Source: an uncultured bacterium (GTDB lineage: Bacteria; Patescibacteriota; Minisyncoccia; Phycocordibacterales; UBA6065). From it: a DNA stretch of 64,000 nt. Below are positions 26,675-33,971 of this stretch, one piece after another. Position 1 is the first letter of the stretch. Each line of letters begins with the position of its first letter. Location: NCBI GenBank assembly GCA_963841935.1, contig CAWJEP010000001.1, positions 74,487 through 138,486 of the forward strand, written 5' to 3'. The translations under genes were made by a program, and so were the position numbers. The notes beneath the pieces were generated by a model. It saw only the letters and a list, made by a program, of their open reading frames with translations. It was not told where the DNA came from and ran no database searches.

Positions 26675-26698
26675 AAAATCCCCGGAGAGGGGATTTTT
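26674..26698. terminator. bidirectional rho-independent terminator (AAAAATCCCC-GGAGA-GGGGATTTTT) between rpsT and the convergent oxidoreductase gene
   Basis: It is a perfect 10-bp stem flanked by A-run and T-run on both sides, located between convergent genes. Confidence 0.7.
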
Positions 26699-26699
26699 A

Positions 26700-27851
26700 C
26701 TAGAGAGCTTTTTTGATAATCTGATTTGCCGCGTATAGTCCCGTTATGAAAGCGTCCTCCATAAGGCTGAAGTTGTAATCCGAGGCTAGATAAAATCCCG
26801 CACCAAGTTTTTGTTTTATGACATTTTTGTCCGGGAGGTTCATTCCAGTTTCCCAAAATATTTTGTCCAAGACCTTAAAATCTTCATAATATTCAGTTAA
26901 ATCCAAATCACCGGTTTTTGCATAAATTAAATCGCCACCAGATTTCTGTTTCCACAACAAATACGTATTATGAGATTCAGGTCGAAGAACAACACCTTTT
27001 TTATGGGCATATTCTGCTTTTCGATCGCCCATTACGTAATATGTAAAGACAGAGGTGGTTTTATAAGGTTTTGGAACGTCGTATGCAATTTTAATATCCA
27101 AATAAGGCGCCGCCACAACAACATTTTTAGCAAGAAATTCGTTTTTGTTAGTGGTTATTAAATAATCACCGACTTTTTGTTTTTCTATGGAAATGACCGT
27201 ATCAATAATAATTTTTGACTCAAAACCACGCGACAATCGTTCGGCGGTTCTACTTGTATCCACGATATACGCCGGCCGAATCATGGTAAAAAAGAGATAG
27301 AGGTAGTAGAAGGCATTCATGTCTTTTGAAGTCGTGAACACGTTTGTCCCCGCAGTTGGCTGTCCAAATTGATAATCTAATTCTTCAAAACTATACAGCT
27401 TCAAAAAATCACTTGCCGATAAATGCCAATATTTTTTAAGTAGGGGGTCGTTTTCTATAAGAGTATATAGTTCCTCATGCTCGGCATTTTTTCTCATGAT
27501 ATTAAGCCGACTCCTAAACTGTTTCAGTAAATGGATAAATCGAATGATTTTTGGAAGATATTTTAAATTATTGAAAGAAAATATTGTTCTATAATTTTTA
27601 CCGTTGAAGAAATAAAAATCACGCACGCGAAAAGGTTCTATGATGTCTACGAACGGCATCAAGTTGAAATAATCCGAATTAATGTAGACCCCACCAAGGC
27701 TGACCGCCGAGTTTATTTTTGAAGTTTTAATTCGCCCACCAATATCTTTTGAAATAACGATGAAATCTTTGCCGGCGGAGTGTAATTTATTGGCACACGC
27801 AAGACCAGAGATACCGGCCCCAACGATTACTGTTTCTACAGATATAGCCAT
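26700..27851 (-). CDS. FAD/NAD(P)-binding oxidoreductase (amine-oxidase/phytoene-desaturase-like fold)
   Basis: The N-terminal dinucleotide-binding motif is VIVGAGISGLACANKL. The protein is 383 aa. Its AT content is markedly higher than in the flanking genes. Confidence 0.65.
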   Translation of the reverse strand: MAISVETVIVGAGISGLACANKLHSAGKDFIVISKDIGGRIKTSKINSAVSLGGVYINSDYFNLMPFVDIIEPFRVRDFYFFNGKNYRTIFSFNNLKYLPKIIRFIHLLKQFRSRLNIMRKNAEHEELYTLIENDPLLKKYWHLSASDFLKLYSFEELDYQFGQPTAGTNVFTTSKDMNAFYYLYLFFTMIRPAYIVDTSRTAERLSRGFESKIIIDTVISIEKQKVGDYLITTNKNEFLAKNVVVAAPYLDIKIAYDVPKPYKTTSVFTYYVMGDRKAEYAHKKGVVLRPESHNTYLLWKQKSGGDLIYAKTGDLDLTEYYEDFKVLDKIFWETGMNLPDKNVIKQKLGAGFYLASDYNFSLMEDAFITGLYAANQIIKKAL

Positions 27852-27934
27852 TTGCGGATGGGTGAGATTCGAACATAGCAGACAATTAAATTATATTAAA
27901 AACACAACGTTTAATATAGTGGTATAATGGACTA

Positions 27935-28414
27935 ATGGGTGAGTATATTAGAAAACCAAATATCAAATGTTTTGTTTGTGGCAAATCCGTCTACAGGAGA
28001 CCAATACAAATAAAACAGAGCGACGGAAGAGCTTTTTGCAGTCAGGTTTGTTATGGAATTTATTGCAGGAAAGAGAAACCTTGTATAATATGCGGGAAGC
28101 CGATTTTGGCTGGTCTTCACAAAAAGACCTGTAGTAGAGAATGTTCGAATAAAAATAGAGCGGGGATAAAGTATGGAGCCGGTAGACCAAATGATAAGGC
28201 AAAACAATATCGAAATCTAAAAACAATATTGTTTGAAGAACGAGGCAAGAAATGCGAACGGTGCGGATTCAATAAGTTTGAAATTCTCGAGATACATCAC
28301 AAAGACAGAGATAGACGACACAATACTCTCAGAAACCTCGAACTTATTTGCCCGAATTGTCATGCCGAGGAACATTATTCAAAAAACGGCTTGTTGAGAA
28401 AAGGCGGAAAATAA
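27935..28414 (+). CDS. HNH endonuclease family protein with N-terminal Cys-rich zinc-binding modules
   Basis: The HNH core is EIHHKDRDRRHN...LICPNCH. There are several CxxC pairs upstream. The region is AT-rich and ends 3 nt before tRNA-Ser. Confidence 0.75.
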   Translation: MGEYIRKPNIKCFVCGKSVYRRPIQIKQSDGRAFCSQVCYGIYCRKEKPCIICGKPILAGLHKKTCSRECSNKNRAGIKYGAGRPNDKAKQYRNLKTILFEERGKKCERCGFNKFEILEIHHKDRDRRHNTLRNLELICPNCHAEEHYSKNGLLRKGGK

Positions 28415-28417
28415 AAT

Positions 28418-28505
28418 GGAGGAATGGCTCGAGAGGTTTAAGGCACCGCTCTTGAAAAGCGGAATCCCCGCAAGGGGATCGTGAGTTCGAATCTCACTTC
28501 CTCCG
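28418..28505 (+). tRNA. tRNA-Ser (anticodon UGA)
   Basis: It is a type II tRNA: acceptor GGAGGAA/TTCCTCC, anticodon stem CCGCT/AGCGG with loop CTTGAAA, long variable arm AATCCCCGCAAGGGGATC, T-arm GTGAG-TTCGAAT-CTCAC, discriminator G. Confidence 0.85.
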
Positions 28506-28521
28506 CAAATATATCAACAAA

Positions 28522-28770
28522 CTATTTTGTCTCCGGAGTTTCTACGGATTTGTTCTTTCTTATTTTCGAAAAAAAGAATATGTAGAGGATTTCCAAAATA
28601 CCGGCGGTGTTGACGATGAGGAGAATGACGAACCACCAAGGGCTTTTGTTTCTCGCTGCTTTCCACAGGGCGTAGCCCTTCCACGGAATGGTCCAGAGCG
28701 CCAGGATTATCAATAGCGCCAACAAGAACGGATTATTAAGGGAACTGTGAATGATTGTCGTACTTTGCAT
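28522..28770 (-). CDS. small two-TM membrane protein (82 aa)
   Basis: The hydrophobic segments are FLLALLIILALWTIPW and WWFVILLIVNTAGILEILYIFFF. Confidence 0.4.
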   Translation of the reverse strand: MQSTTIIHSSLNNPFLLALLIILALWTIPWKGYALWKAARNKSPWWFVILLIVNTAGILEILYIFFFSKIRKNKSVETPETK

Positions 28771-28804
28771 ATGTAGAGTTTATCATGAAATAAGTGGTAT
28801 AATA

Positions 28805-29266
28805 ATGCCGATGCAACCTTTTGTTTGGGAAACTCACGAATATTTGCACAAGCCAAAGACCTCGGATTGGTTTTGGGCTATCGGCATTGTCGCGGCCGCC
28901 TGCGTTTTCATCTCCGTTCTTCTCGGCAACATCCTTTTCGCCATTTTCATTGCCCTCGCGGCTTTCGCCCTGTCTCTTTACGCCGCGAGGAAACCCAAGA
29001 AAATAAACGTGGAGATAAATTCCAAAGGCATTCGCGTGAGCGGCACGGTTTTTCCTTTCGCCCACATAAAAAATTTCGCCCTTCTGGTCGAGAGCCGTTC
29101 GCCGTCCTTGATTCTCACCGTGGACAAGCTTCTAATGCCGCACATTCTCATACCTCTGGGAGATATCGACGCCGAAGATGTTCGAACGCTACTTTTGCCG
29201 AGACTTCCGGAAAGTCACTACGAAGAACCGATTTCACAAAAACTTTTCGACGCTTTCGGCTTCTGA
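28805..29266 (+). CDS. membrane protein of unknown function (two TM helices then soluble domain)
   Basis: The start is chosen at MPMQPF; the listed ORF begins at 28751. The TM segments are WFWAIGIVAAACVFISVLLGNILFAIFIALAAFALSLYAA. Confidence 0.45.
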   Translation: MPMQPFVWETHEYLHKPKTSDWFWAIGIVAAACVFISVLLGNILFAIFIALAAFALSLYAARKPKKINVEINSKGIRVSGTVFPFAHIKNFALLVESRSPSLILTVDKLLMPHILIPLGDIDAEDVRTLLLPRLPESHYEEPISQKLFDAFGF

Positions 29267-29304
29267 TTTTCATTTTTCGCCGGTTTGGTGTAATTTGAAT
29301 ACGC

Positions 29305-29376
29305 GCTCTTGTCGTTCAATGGATAGGACACTCCCCTGCGAAGGGAGAAATGTAGGTTCGATTCCCACCAGGAGCA
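29305..29376 (+). tRNA. tRNA-Arg (anticodon GCG, unusual genomic anticodon)
   Basis: Acceptor GCTCTTG/CAGGAGC, D-arm GTTC-AATGGATA-GGAC, perfect anticodon stem CTCCC/GGGAG with loop CTGCGAA, T-arm GTAGG-TTCGATT-CCCAC with one A·C mismatch, discriminator A. The sequence is related to the Arg tRNA at 30227. Confidence 0.65.
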
Positions 29377-29377
29377 C

Positions 29378-29767
29378 ATGAGATTTCTCGGCATTGATTA
29401 CGGTTCGAAAAACATAGGTCTTTCGCTTTCCGACGAAAAAGGCGAGTGGGCTTTTCCGCATTCCGTTTTGGAAAATAATAAAAAAACTGTTGGCGAGATT
29501 TTGAAAATCGTTAAGGAAAATAATGTGAAAGATGTGGTGATAGGAGAGTCGAGAGATTTTAAAGGAAAAGCCAACGAGGTAATGGCGGCGGCGAAAGATT
29601 TGGCCAAATCTTTCGCCGCCGCCGGCCTCACTATTCATTTCGAACTGGAATATCTGACCTCGCATCAAGCTCAACATATCCAAGGCGTGAACAAGATGCT
29701 TGATGCCTCGGCCGCCACGATAATCCTCCAAAGTTTTTTGGATAAAAGGAAAAATAAAGTAGAATAA
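29378..29767 (+). CDS. ruvX: putative pre-16S rRNA nuclease / Holliday junction resolvase-like protein YqgF (RuvX)
   Basis: The N-terminus MRFLGIDYGSKNIGLSLSD and the DVVIGESRDFKGKANE block match YqgF. The ATG lies 2 nt after the tRNA-Arg 3' end. AGGAG within the tRNA acceptor strand serves as a possible SD. Confidence 0.85.
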   Translation: MRFLGIDYGSKNIGLSLSDEKGEWAFPHSVLENNKKTVGEILKIVKENNVKDVVIGESRDFKGKANEVMAAAKDLAKSFAAAGLTIHFELEYLTSHQAQHIQGVNKMLDASAATIILQSFLDKRKNKVE

Positions 29768-29771
29768 CGAA

Positions 29772-30101
29772 ATGATTTCATACGACGAATTCGCCAAAGT
29801 GGAAATACGGGTAGGGAAAATATTGTCGGCGGAAAAAGTTCCTGACACGGACAAACTCCTCAAGCTCTCCGTTGACTTTGCCGAAGGAGCGCCGCGGCAA
29901 ATCGTTTCCGGCATCGCCCTTTATTTCCCGGACGCCGCGGCGCTTGTCGGCAGAAAGGCGATGTTCGCGACGAACATCGAACCACGTATCATCCGTGGAC
30001 TCGAATCAAACGGCATGCTTTTCGCCGTTTCGACGGAAGACGGAAAATTCTCTCTTCTTGAGCCGTCGCAGGAAATTCCCGAAGGCACGAAAGCGAAATA
30101 G
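29772..30101 (+). CDS. tRNA-binding domain protein (CsaA/Trbp111/EMAP-II-like OB fold)
   Basis: The sequence EFAKVEIRVGKILSAEKVPDTDKLLKLSVDFAEGAPRQIVSGIA is the classic MetRS-C-terminal-like tRNA-binding domain. Confidence 0.8.
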   Translation: MISYDEFAKVEIRVGKILSAEKVPDTDKLLKLSVDFAEGAPRQIVSGIALYFPDAAALVGRKAMFATNIEPRIIRGLESNGMLFAVSTEDGKFSLLEPSQEIPEGTKAK

Positions 30102-30153
30102 TTTTTGTATTTACAACTTGTTCTTCGTATGTAATTGATGAGACTGGTATTAA

Positions 30154-30224
30154 CCCCCTGTAGTTAAATGGATATAACTGCGGACTTCTAAGCCGTTATG
30201 TTGGTTCGATTCCACGCGAGGGGA
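30154..30224 (+). tRNA. tRNA-Arg-like (anticodon UCU), atypical T-stem/variable region; possibly degenerate
   Basis: Acceptor CCCCCTG/CGAGGGG with one C·A mismatch, D-arm GTTA-AATGGATA-TAAC, anticodon stem GCGGA/GCCGT with loop CTTCTAA, TTCGATT T-loop. The T-stem 5' strand is one nt short relative to its neighbour. Confidence 0.5.
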
Positions 30225-30226
30225 TA

Positions 30227-30298
30227 GCTCTCGTCGTTTAATGGATAGGACACGGGCCTCCGAAGCTCGAAGTCGTGGTTCGATTCCACGCGGGAGCA
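30227..30298 (+). tRNA. tRNA-Arg (anticodon CCG)
   Basis: Acceptor GCTCTCG/CGGGAGC, D-arm GTTT-AATGGATA-GGAC, anticodon stem CGGGC/GCTCG with loop CTCCGAA, T-arm CGTGG-TTCGATT-CCACG, discriminator A. It starts 2 nt after the preceding tRNA. Confidence 0.8.
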
Positions 30299-30308
30299 AA
30301 ACTATCGG

Positions 30309-30381
30309 TGCGCCCTGAGGGACTCGAACCCCCGACCTTGTCAGTGTAAATGACCTGCTCTACCAACTGAGCTAAGGGCGC
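30309..30381 (-). tRNA. tRNA-Val (anticodon UAC)
   Basis: The reverse complement reads GCGCCCT-TA-GCTC-AGTTGGTA-GAGC-A-GGTCA-TTTACAC-TGACA-AGGTC-GGGGG-TTCGAGT-CCCTC-AGGGCGC-A. Confidence 0.85.
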
Positions 30382-30455
30382 GTGCTTTTTATCGCAAAGT
30401 AACAATATATGAGAAATATTGATTTATCAACGCCGCTGTGATAAATTGACGCCTC

Positions 30456-30884
30456 ATGAAAAACGCAGTCAAAACAAGTCCGATCAAGATGGAAGAACGC
30501 GTGGCGCTCGGTCTTCGCTCCGGCGACACCATCCGCGTTTGGCAGAAAATAAAAGAAGGGGAGAAGTCGCGCCTTCAAGCTTTTGAGGGTCTCGTTCTCG
30601 CGCGAAAACACGGCGACGAAGCCGGCGCGACCTTTACCGTCAGACGAACTATCGACGGCGTCGGCGTGGAAAGGATTTTTCCCCTATATTCTCCGATGAT
30701 AGATGAAATAGAAATCGTCCGTCGCTCGAAAGTCCACCGCTCGAAACTTTATTTCGTCCGCGAGAAAGCCGCTAAAGAAATAAAACGCCAGATGCGACAC
30801 ACGAGATTTGTCGAAGAGCTCGCCAAGACCGTGAAAGCCGCCCCCGAGCCGAAACCGGAAGAAAAAATCGAAGAGAAAAAATAA
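30456..30884 (+). CDS. rplS: 50S ribosomal protein L19
   Basis: The sequence [44 protein letters not shown] matches the L19 signature region. It has a Lys/Glu-rich C-terminal extension. Confidence 0.9.
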   Translation: MKNAVKTSPIKMEERVALGLRSGDTIRVWQKIKEGEKSRLQAFEGLVLARKHGDEAGATFTVRRTIDGVGVERIFPLYSPMIDEIEIVRRSKVHRSKLYFVREKAAKEIKRQMRHTRFVEELAKTVKAAPEPKPEEKIEEKK

Positions 30885-30944
30885 TTCTCCTCATCGGCGA
30901 ACCAAAATTGCCCATCGGGGCGATTTTTGTTAGCATACGCCTAC

Positions 30945-31029
30945 GCTCGGGTGGTGAAATTGGTATACACGTACGCTTGAGGTGCGTATGCCGTAAGGCG
31001 TGGAGGTTCAAGTCCTCTCCCGAGCACCA
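30945..31029 (+). tRNA. tRNA-Leu (anticodon GAG), genomically encoded CCA
   Basis: It is a type II tRNA: acceptor GCTCGGG/CCCGAGC, anticodon stem TACGC/GCGTA with loop TTGAGGT, long variable arm TGCCGTAAGGCGT, T-arm GGAGG-TTCAAGT-CCTCT, discriminator A followed by CCA. Confidence 0.85.
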
Positions 31030-31075
31030 TGTTAGTGGTGTGATGTGTAGATATCGCATAGCTACCATGACCACG

Positions 31076-31149
31076 GTGGCTATAGTTTAGTGGTAAAACT
31101 TCGGTTTGTGGAACCGATATCGAGAGTTCGATTCTCTCTAGCCACCCCA
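31076..31149 (+). tRNA. tRNA-His (anticodon GUG) with encoded G-1 and CCA
   Basis: An extra 5' G at -1 faces the C73 discriminator. Acceptor GTGGCTA/TAGCCAC, anticodon stem TCGGT/ACCGA with loop TTGTGGA, T-arm GAGAG-TTCGATT-CTCTC, followed by CCA. Confidence 0.85.
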
Positions 31150-31167
31150 AAATAAAGGATCAATTAT

Positions 31168-31503
31168 TTGTTGACAAAGTTCATGAAAGGTTTAGCTTAT
31201 GAAACTAGGGGGTTCCTCGAAAACTTGTTACTAACGAATATGAAAACTAAATATCCGCTACGTGTATTACTCGTGCTGAGCATGGTGGTTTTTTTGGGAT
31301 TGGTCATGCATCGTCTTACGAAACCGAAAACATCGGCAAGGACGATTCCTGCAATTGAAATTCAAGACGGTGTGACAATCGATTTCTCTACGGGCAAGCC
31401 GGTGATAGTCAATACTCCACAAAACAAGGCTGCCATAGCCACCGCTGTTAAGGAGATAGATGAAGCGGTGACGGATGTGAAATTCAAAGCAACGAAGCCC
31501 TAG
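31168..31503 (+). CDS. small membrane-anchored protein (hydrophobic N-terminus LRVLLVLSMVVFLGLVMH)
   Basis: The ORF is followed by a hairpin/T-run at 31520-31554. The real start may be the internal MKTKYP near 31240. Confidence 0.35.
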   Translation: MLTKFMKGLAYETRGFLENLLLTNMKTKYPLRVLLVLSMVVFLGLVMHRLTKPKTSARTIPAIEIQDGVTIDFSTGKPVIVNTPQNKAAIATAVKEIDEAVTDVKFKATKP

Positions 31504-31519
31504 GAAGGTTAGTTCTTCA

Positions 31520-31554
31520 AAGCCGTCTCTACCGAAAGGTGAGCGGCTTTTTAT
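31520..31554 (+). terminator. rho-independent terminator candidate (AAGCCG...CGGCTT + TTTTTAT)
   Basis: It is a 6-bp GC stem with an internal sub-hairpin and a trailing T-run, located after ORF 31168..31503. Confidence 0.45.
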
Positions 31555-31593
31555 TTATAACAAGTTCTAAATCCATCCACCCAACGACCCCAC

Positions 31594-31621
31594 TTGACAA
31601 CTATTTTTTTTGTTATAGTAT
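31594..31621 (+). promoter_or_regulatory. sigma70-like promoter (TTGACA -35 at 31594-31599; TAGTAT/TATAGT -10 region at 31614-31621) for the secreted protein gene at 31698
   Basis: It is a consensus -35 hexamer with a near-consensus -10 at 14-16 nt spacing. A strong SD (AAAGGAAAGGTGA) lies ahead of ATG 31698. Confidence 0.45.
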
Positions 31622-31697
31622 TCGCAATCGAACAGGTTATTTGAAAAGAATGTGCATTGAAACTTCCAACTTCTAACAACAAAAGGAAAGGTGAAAA

Positions 31698-32465
31698 ATG
31701 AAACTTGTAAAATCGTTATTCGTTCTCGTTATCGCGTTGTTTGTCCCGATGACCTACGCGGTCTTCGACCCGGCGACGCCTACAATGTCGACCGCGGTTC
31801 CAAAAGGCGAATACCTCGGCGTTTACGTTGAGATACACGATAACACCGGCAGTCGCAAGATTGAGTGTCTGCCAGAAGACGGTCTGGTCGAATTCAAGTA
31901 CCCATACCCGTTCTCGGGTATAAAGAAAGGTTTGGTTCTTCTCCTGAGGGGTTCCCCAGAAGGTGTCATAGATCGCGCTGACAAGCAACTTTCAAACGGA
32001 GAATGGTTGACCAATAATGGCCGACTTGTGACGGAAAGGAATTTTCTTGCTGTCATGACAAGGGTCATATCGATTAATGGGATGAAACGAATTCCTTCTT
32101 CTTGCTGGGGTAATACTCCGGTACCCGAAGGGAGCGTGAGAGCCCTATCGATTACTTGCGGGCTATCAATGTGGCCAGAATTTCCGGCGTGTTCTCTAAA
32201 CACAGTCATCATTGGTTATCCATGGGACAAACTACACTATGGGCCGGTTATTTATTGGAATGTTTACTGGGGACCCATCAACCACAACCTTGTTATCAAA
32301 TGGCCAAACAACAAGTGGACCGTGCGGGGTCATGGTGTGGGATTGAAAAAACCCATGCAGGAAGTAATGACCCCGGAAAATTTTGTGGCTGTGACGTGCC
32401 GCGTTTACAAGAAACTTCCCAAAGGTCCAGACACCGACTTGGCAGTCCTCTTGTCACCGAAGTAA
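31698..32465 (+). CDS. secreted Cys-containing protein of unknown function (signal peptide MKLVKSLFVLVIALFVPMTYA; six Cys)
   Basis: It is a stand-alone cassette, with its own promoter, a strong RBS, and terminators on both sides. DsbB is encoded 0.9 kb downstream. Confidence 0.6.
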   Translation: MKLVKSLFVLVIALFVPMTYAVFDPATPTMSTAVPKGEYLGVYVEIHDNTGSRKIECLPEDGLVEFKYPYPFSGIKKGLVLLLRGSPEGVIDRADKQLSNGEWLTNNGRLVTERNFLAVMTRVISINGMKRIPSSCWGNTPVPEGSVRALSITCGLSMWPEFPACSLNTVIIGYPWDKLHYGPVIYWNVYWGPINHNLVIKWPNNKWTVRGHGVGLKKPMQEVMTPENFVAVTCRVYKKLPKGPDTDLAVLLSPK

Positions 32466-32480
32466 ATCATTATTTGCGTA

Positions 32481-32512
32481 AACCCCGCCCAGAAATGGTG
32501 TCGGGGTTTTTT
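32481..32512 (+). terminator. rho-independent terminator (AACCCCG-N14-CGGGGTT + TTTTTT)
   Basis: It is a 7-bp GC-rich stem plus a T6 run immediately after the stop of 31698..32465. It overlaps the 3' end of the convergent hpf. Confidence 0.7.
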
Positions 32513-32921
32513 ATTCCTCGAATATATCTTCGTCTTTTTTCCGCCCACGGCGGAAATTGTAAACACCCTTGAAAAAGTTTTTCACTCGCAGAGCGCTTCG
32601 ACGGGTGAAGTGAGACTTCTTCTTTTTTTGTTTTTGCAGGGCCGAGGCCAATTCTCTTTTGATTTCGTCCAGAGCTTGGACCGGAGTCTCCCCCGTGGAA
32701 CGCGCGGATATGTCTATATGTTCGGCGCGAAAATTTACCCGAGCCTCGAATATTTCCCCGGAGCGATGGTGGTTGGTGGCCCGGCCCACGTCTATGTCGA
32801 CAATCGCCGAACCGTCTCCGTCATACACGTAGCGCTCCAGATTTCGCGTGATTTTATTTATTTGTTTTTCGATTTCTTGGTTCGTTTCCACTCCTCTCAA
32901 AGTGACGGTCTTTTTTATCAT
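32511..32921 (-). CDS. hpf: ribosome hibernation promoting factor / ribosome-associated inhibitor A (short HPF/YfiA form)
   Basis: The sequence MIKKTVTLRGVETNQEIEKQINKITRNLERY...DIDVGRATNHHRSGEIFEARVNF shows the HPF fold pattern. Confidence 0.8.
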   Translation of the reverse strand: MIKKTVTLRGVETNQEIEKQINKITRNLERYVYDGDGSAIVDIDVGRATNHHRSGEIFEARVNFRAEHIDISARSTGETPVQALDEIKRELASALQKQKKKKSHFTRRSALRVKNFFKGVYNFRRGRKKDEDIFEE

Positions 32922-32924
32922 AGG

Positions 32925-33305
32925 TTACATGAAACCTTTATAGAGCAAGACGATACCTATGACAAAAGCCAAAATACCGGCAAAGGCGAACAGACCCTCC
33001 TTGTTCATTTTTCTGTAGAAAGAAGACGCGGACTTCGGAAAGACGAGAATATATATTCCTTTAAGCAAAGCCAACCAGCCGATGACGCTGACAAGCGACT
33101 CAAGCCCCGAACCCCACAAGTTGTTCATCGAGACAAGCACGGCGCCGAAAATCAAAGCCGAGAGCCCGTAAATCCAAAGAAAACCTTTGTCGTGAGTTAC
33201 TTCTACCATGAGCGCCGCGAAAGTTTTTTTGTTTACGAGAAGCGACAAACCGACGACGGTAATGACTATTCCCAACACCTGAGCCAATACAATGGTGTGA
33301 CTCAT
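32925..33305 (-). CDS. four-TM membrane protein of unknown function (126 aa)
   Basis: It is hydrophobic throughout and abuts hpf. Confidence 0.45.
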   Translation of the reverse strand: MSHTIVLAQVLGIVITVVGLSLLVNKKTFAALMVEVTHDKGFLWIYGLSALIFGAVLVSMNNLWGSGLESLVSVIGWLALLKGIYILVFPKSASSFYRKMNKEGLFAFAGILAFVIGIVLLYKGFM

Positions 33306-33374
33306 ATTATTTGAGATAATGATAATGATGACCTATTCGGCTATCATTATAACTCCGTGGTAAGATAATCTCCA

Positions 33375-33959
33375 ATGACAGCTCTTGCTTCAGACACGAC
33401 GGCGATATTGTCTTGGGCGACGCTGGTTACCCAGATTGTCATTGTCTGCGCCGCAATAGTTCTTGCGGCGGTAATATTCGAACACCCGAACATCCGCCTG
33501 CATCATTTGGCGAAAAAAGCCGCCGACCACGCTTTTCTCATCGGCTTTTTCGTAAGTTTTTTCTCTCTTATCGCCAGTTTTTTTTATTCGAATATCATCG
33601 GTTTTTCGCCGTGCGAGCTTTGCTGGTGGCAGAGGATTTTTCTTTATCCGCAAGTCGTTCTTTTCGCCGTGGCTTTTTATAACGAAAAAGTTAAAAAAGT
33701 TTCGGACGAAATGGTCTTTTTGTACAGCTTCATTCTTTCTTTAATCGGCGGTGGCATAGCTTTATTTCATTATTACGCCCAAATGTTTAACCCGGACGCT
33801 TTAGCCATCTGCGGCAAGACCGGCGTCTCTTGCTCGCAGATTTTTTTCGTGTCTTTCGGCTACATTACGATACCAATGATGTCTCTCACGGCCTACCTGA
33901 TTCTCATTTTGGTTTATTTTTTCCGCAAACACCACGTTCGCAAAGATATTTCCCGATAA
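33375..33959 (+). CDS. disulfide bond formation protein B (DsbB/BdbC family)
   Basis: It is a four-TM protein with the first-loop CxxC-type pair SPCELCWWQRIFLYP (BdbC-like) and a second Cys pair ICGKTGVSC in the later loop. Confidence 0.7.
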   Translation: MTALASDTTAILSWATLVTQIVIVCAAIVLAAVIFEHPNIRLHHLAKKAADHAFLIGFFVSFFSLIASFFYSNIIGFSPCELCWWQRIFLYPQVVLFAVAFYNEKVKKVSDEMVFLYSFILSLIGGGIALFHYYAQMFNPDALAICGKTGVSCSQIFFVSFGYITIPMMSLTAYLILILVYFFRKHHVRKDISR

Positions 33960-33971
33960 AAACAAAAAAAG

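Noticed and set aside
22798-31149. Considered whether rRNA genes accompany the tRNA-Ile(GAU) or the tRNA clusters, as in typical rrn operons.
   Set aside because: No 16S, 23S or 5S-like sequence is present. Examples checked are the anti-SD CCTCCTTA 3' tail and the GGATCACCTCC motif, neither found. The tRNAs are stand-alone.
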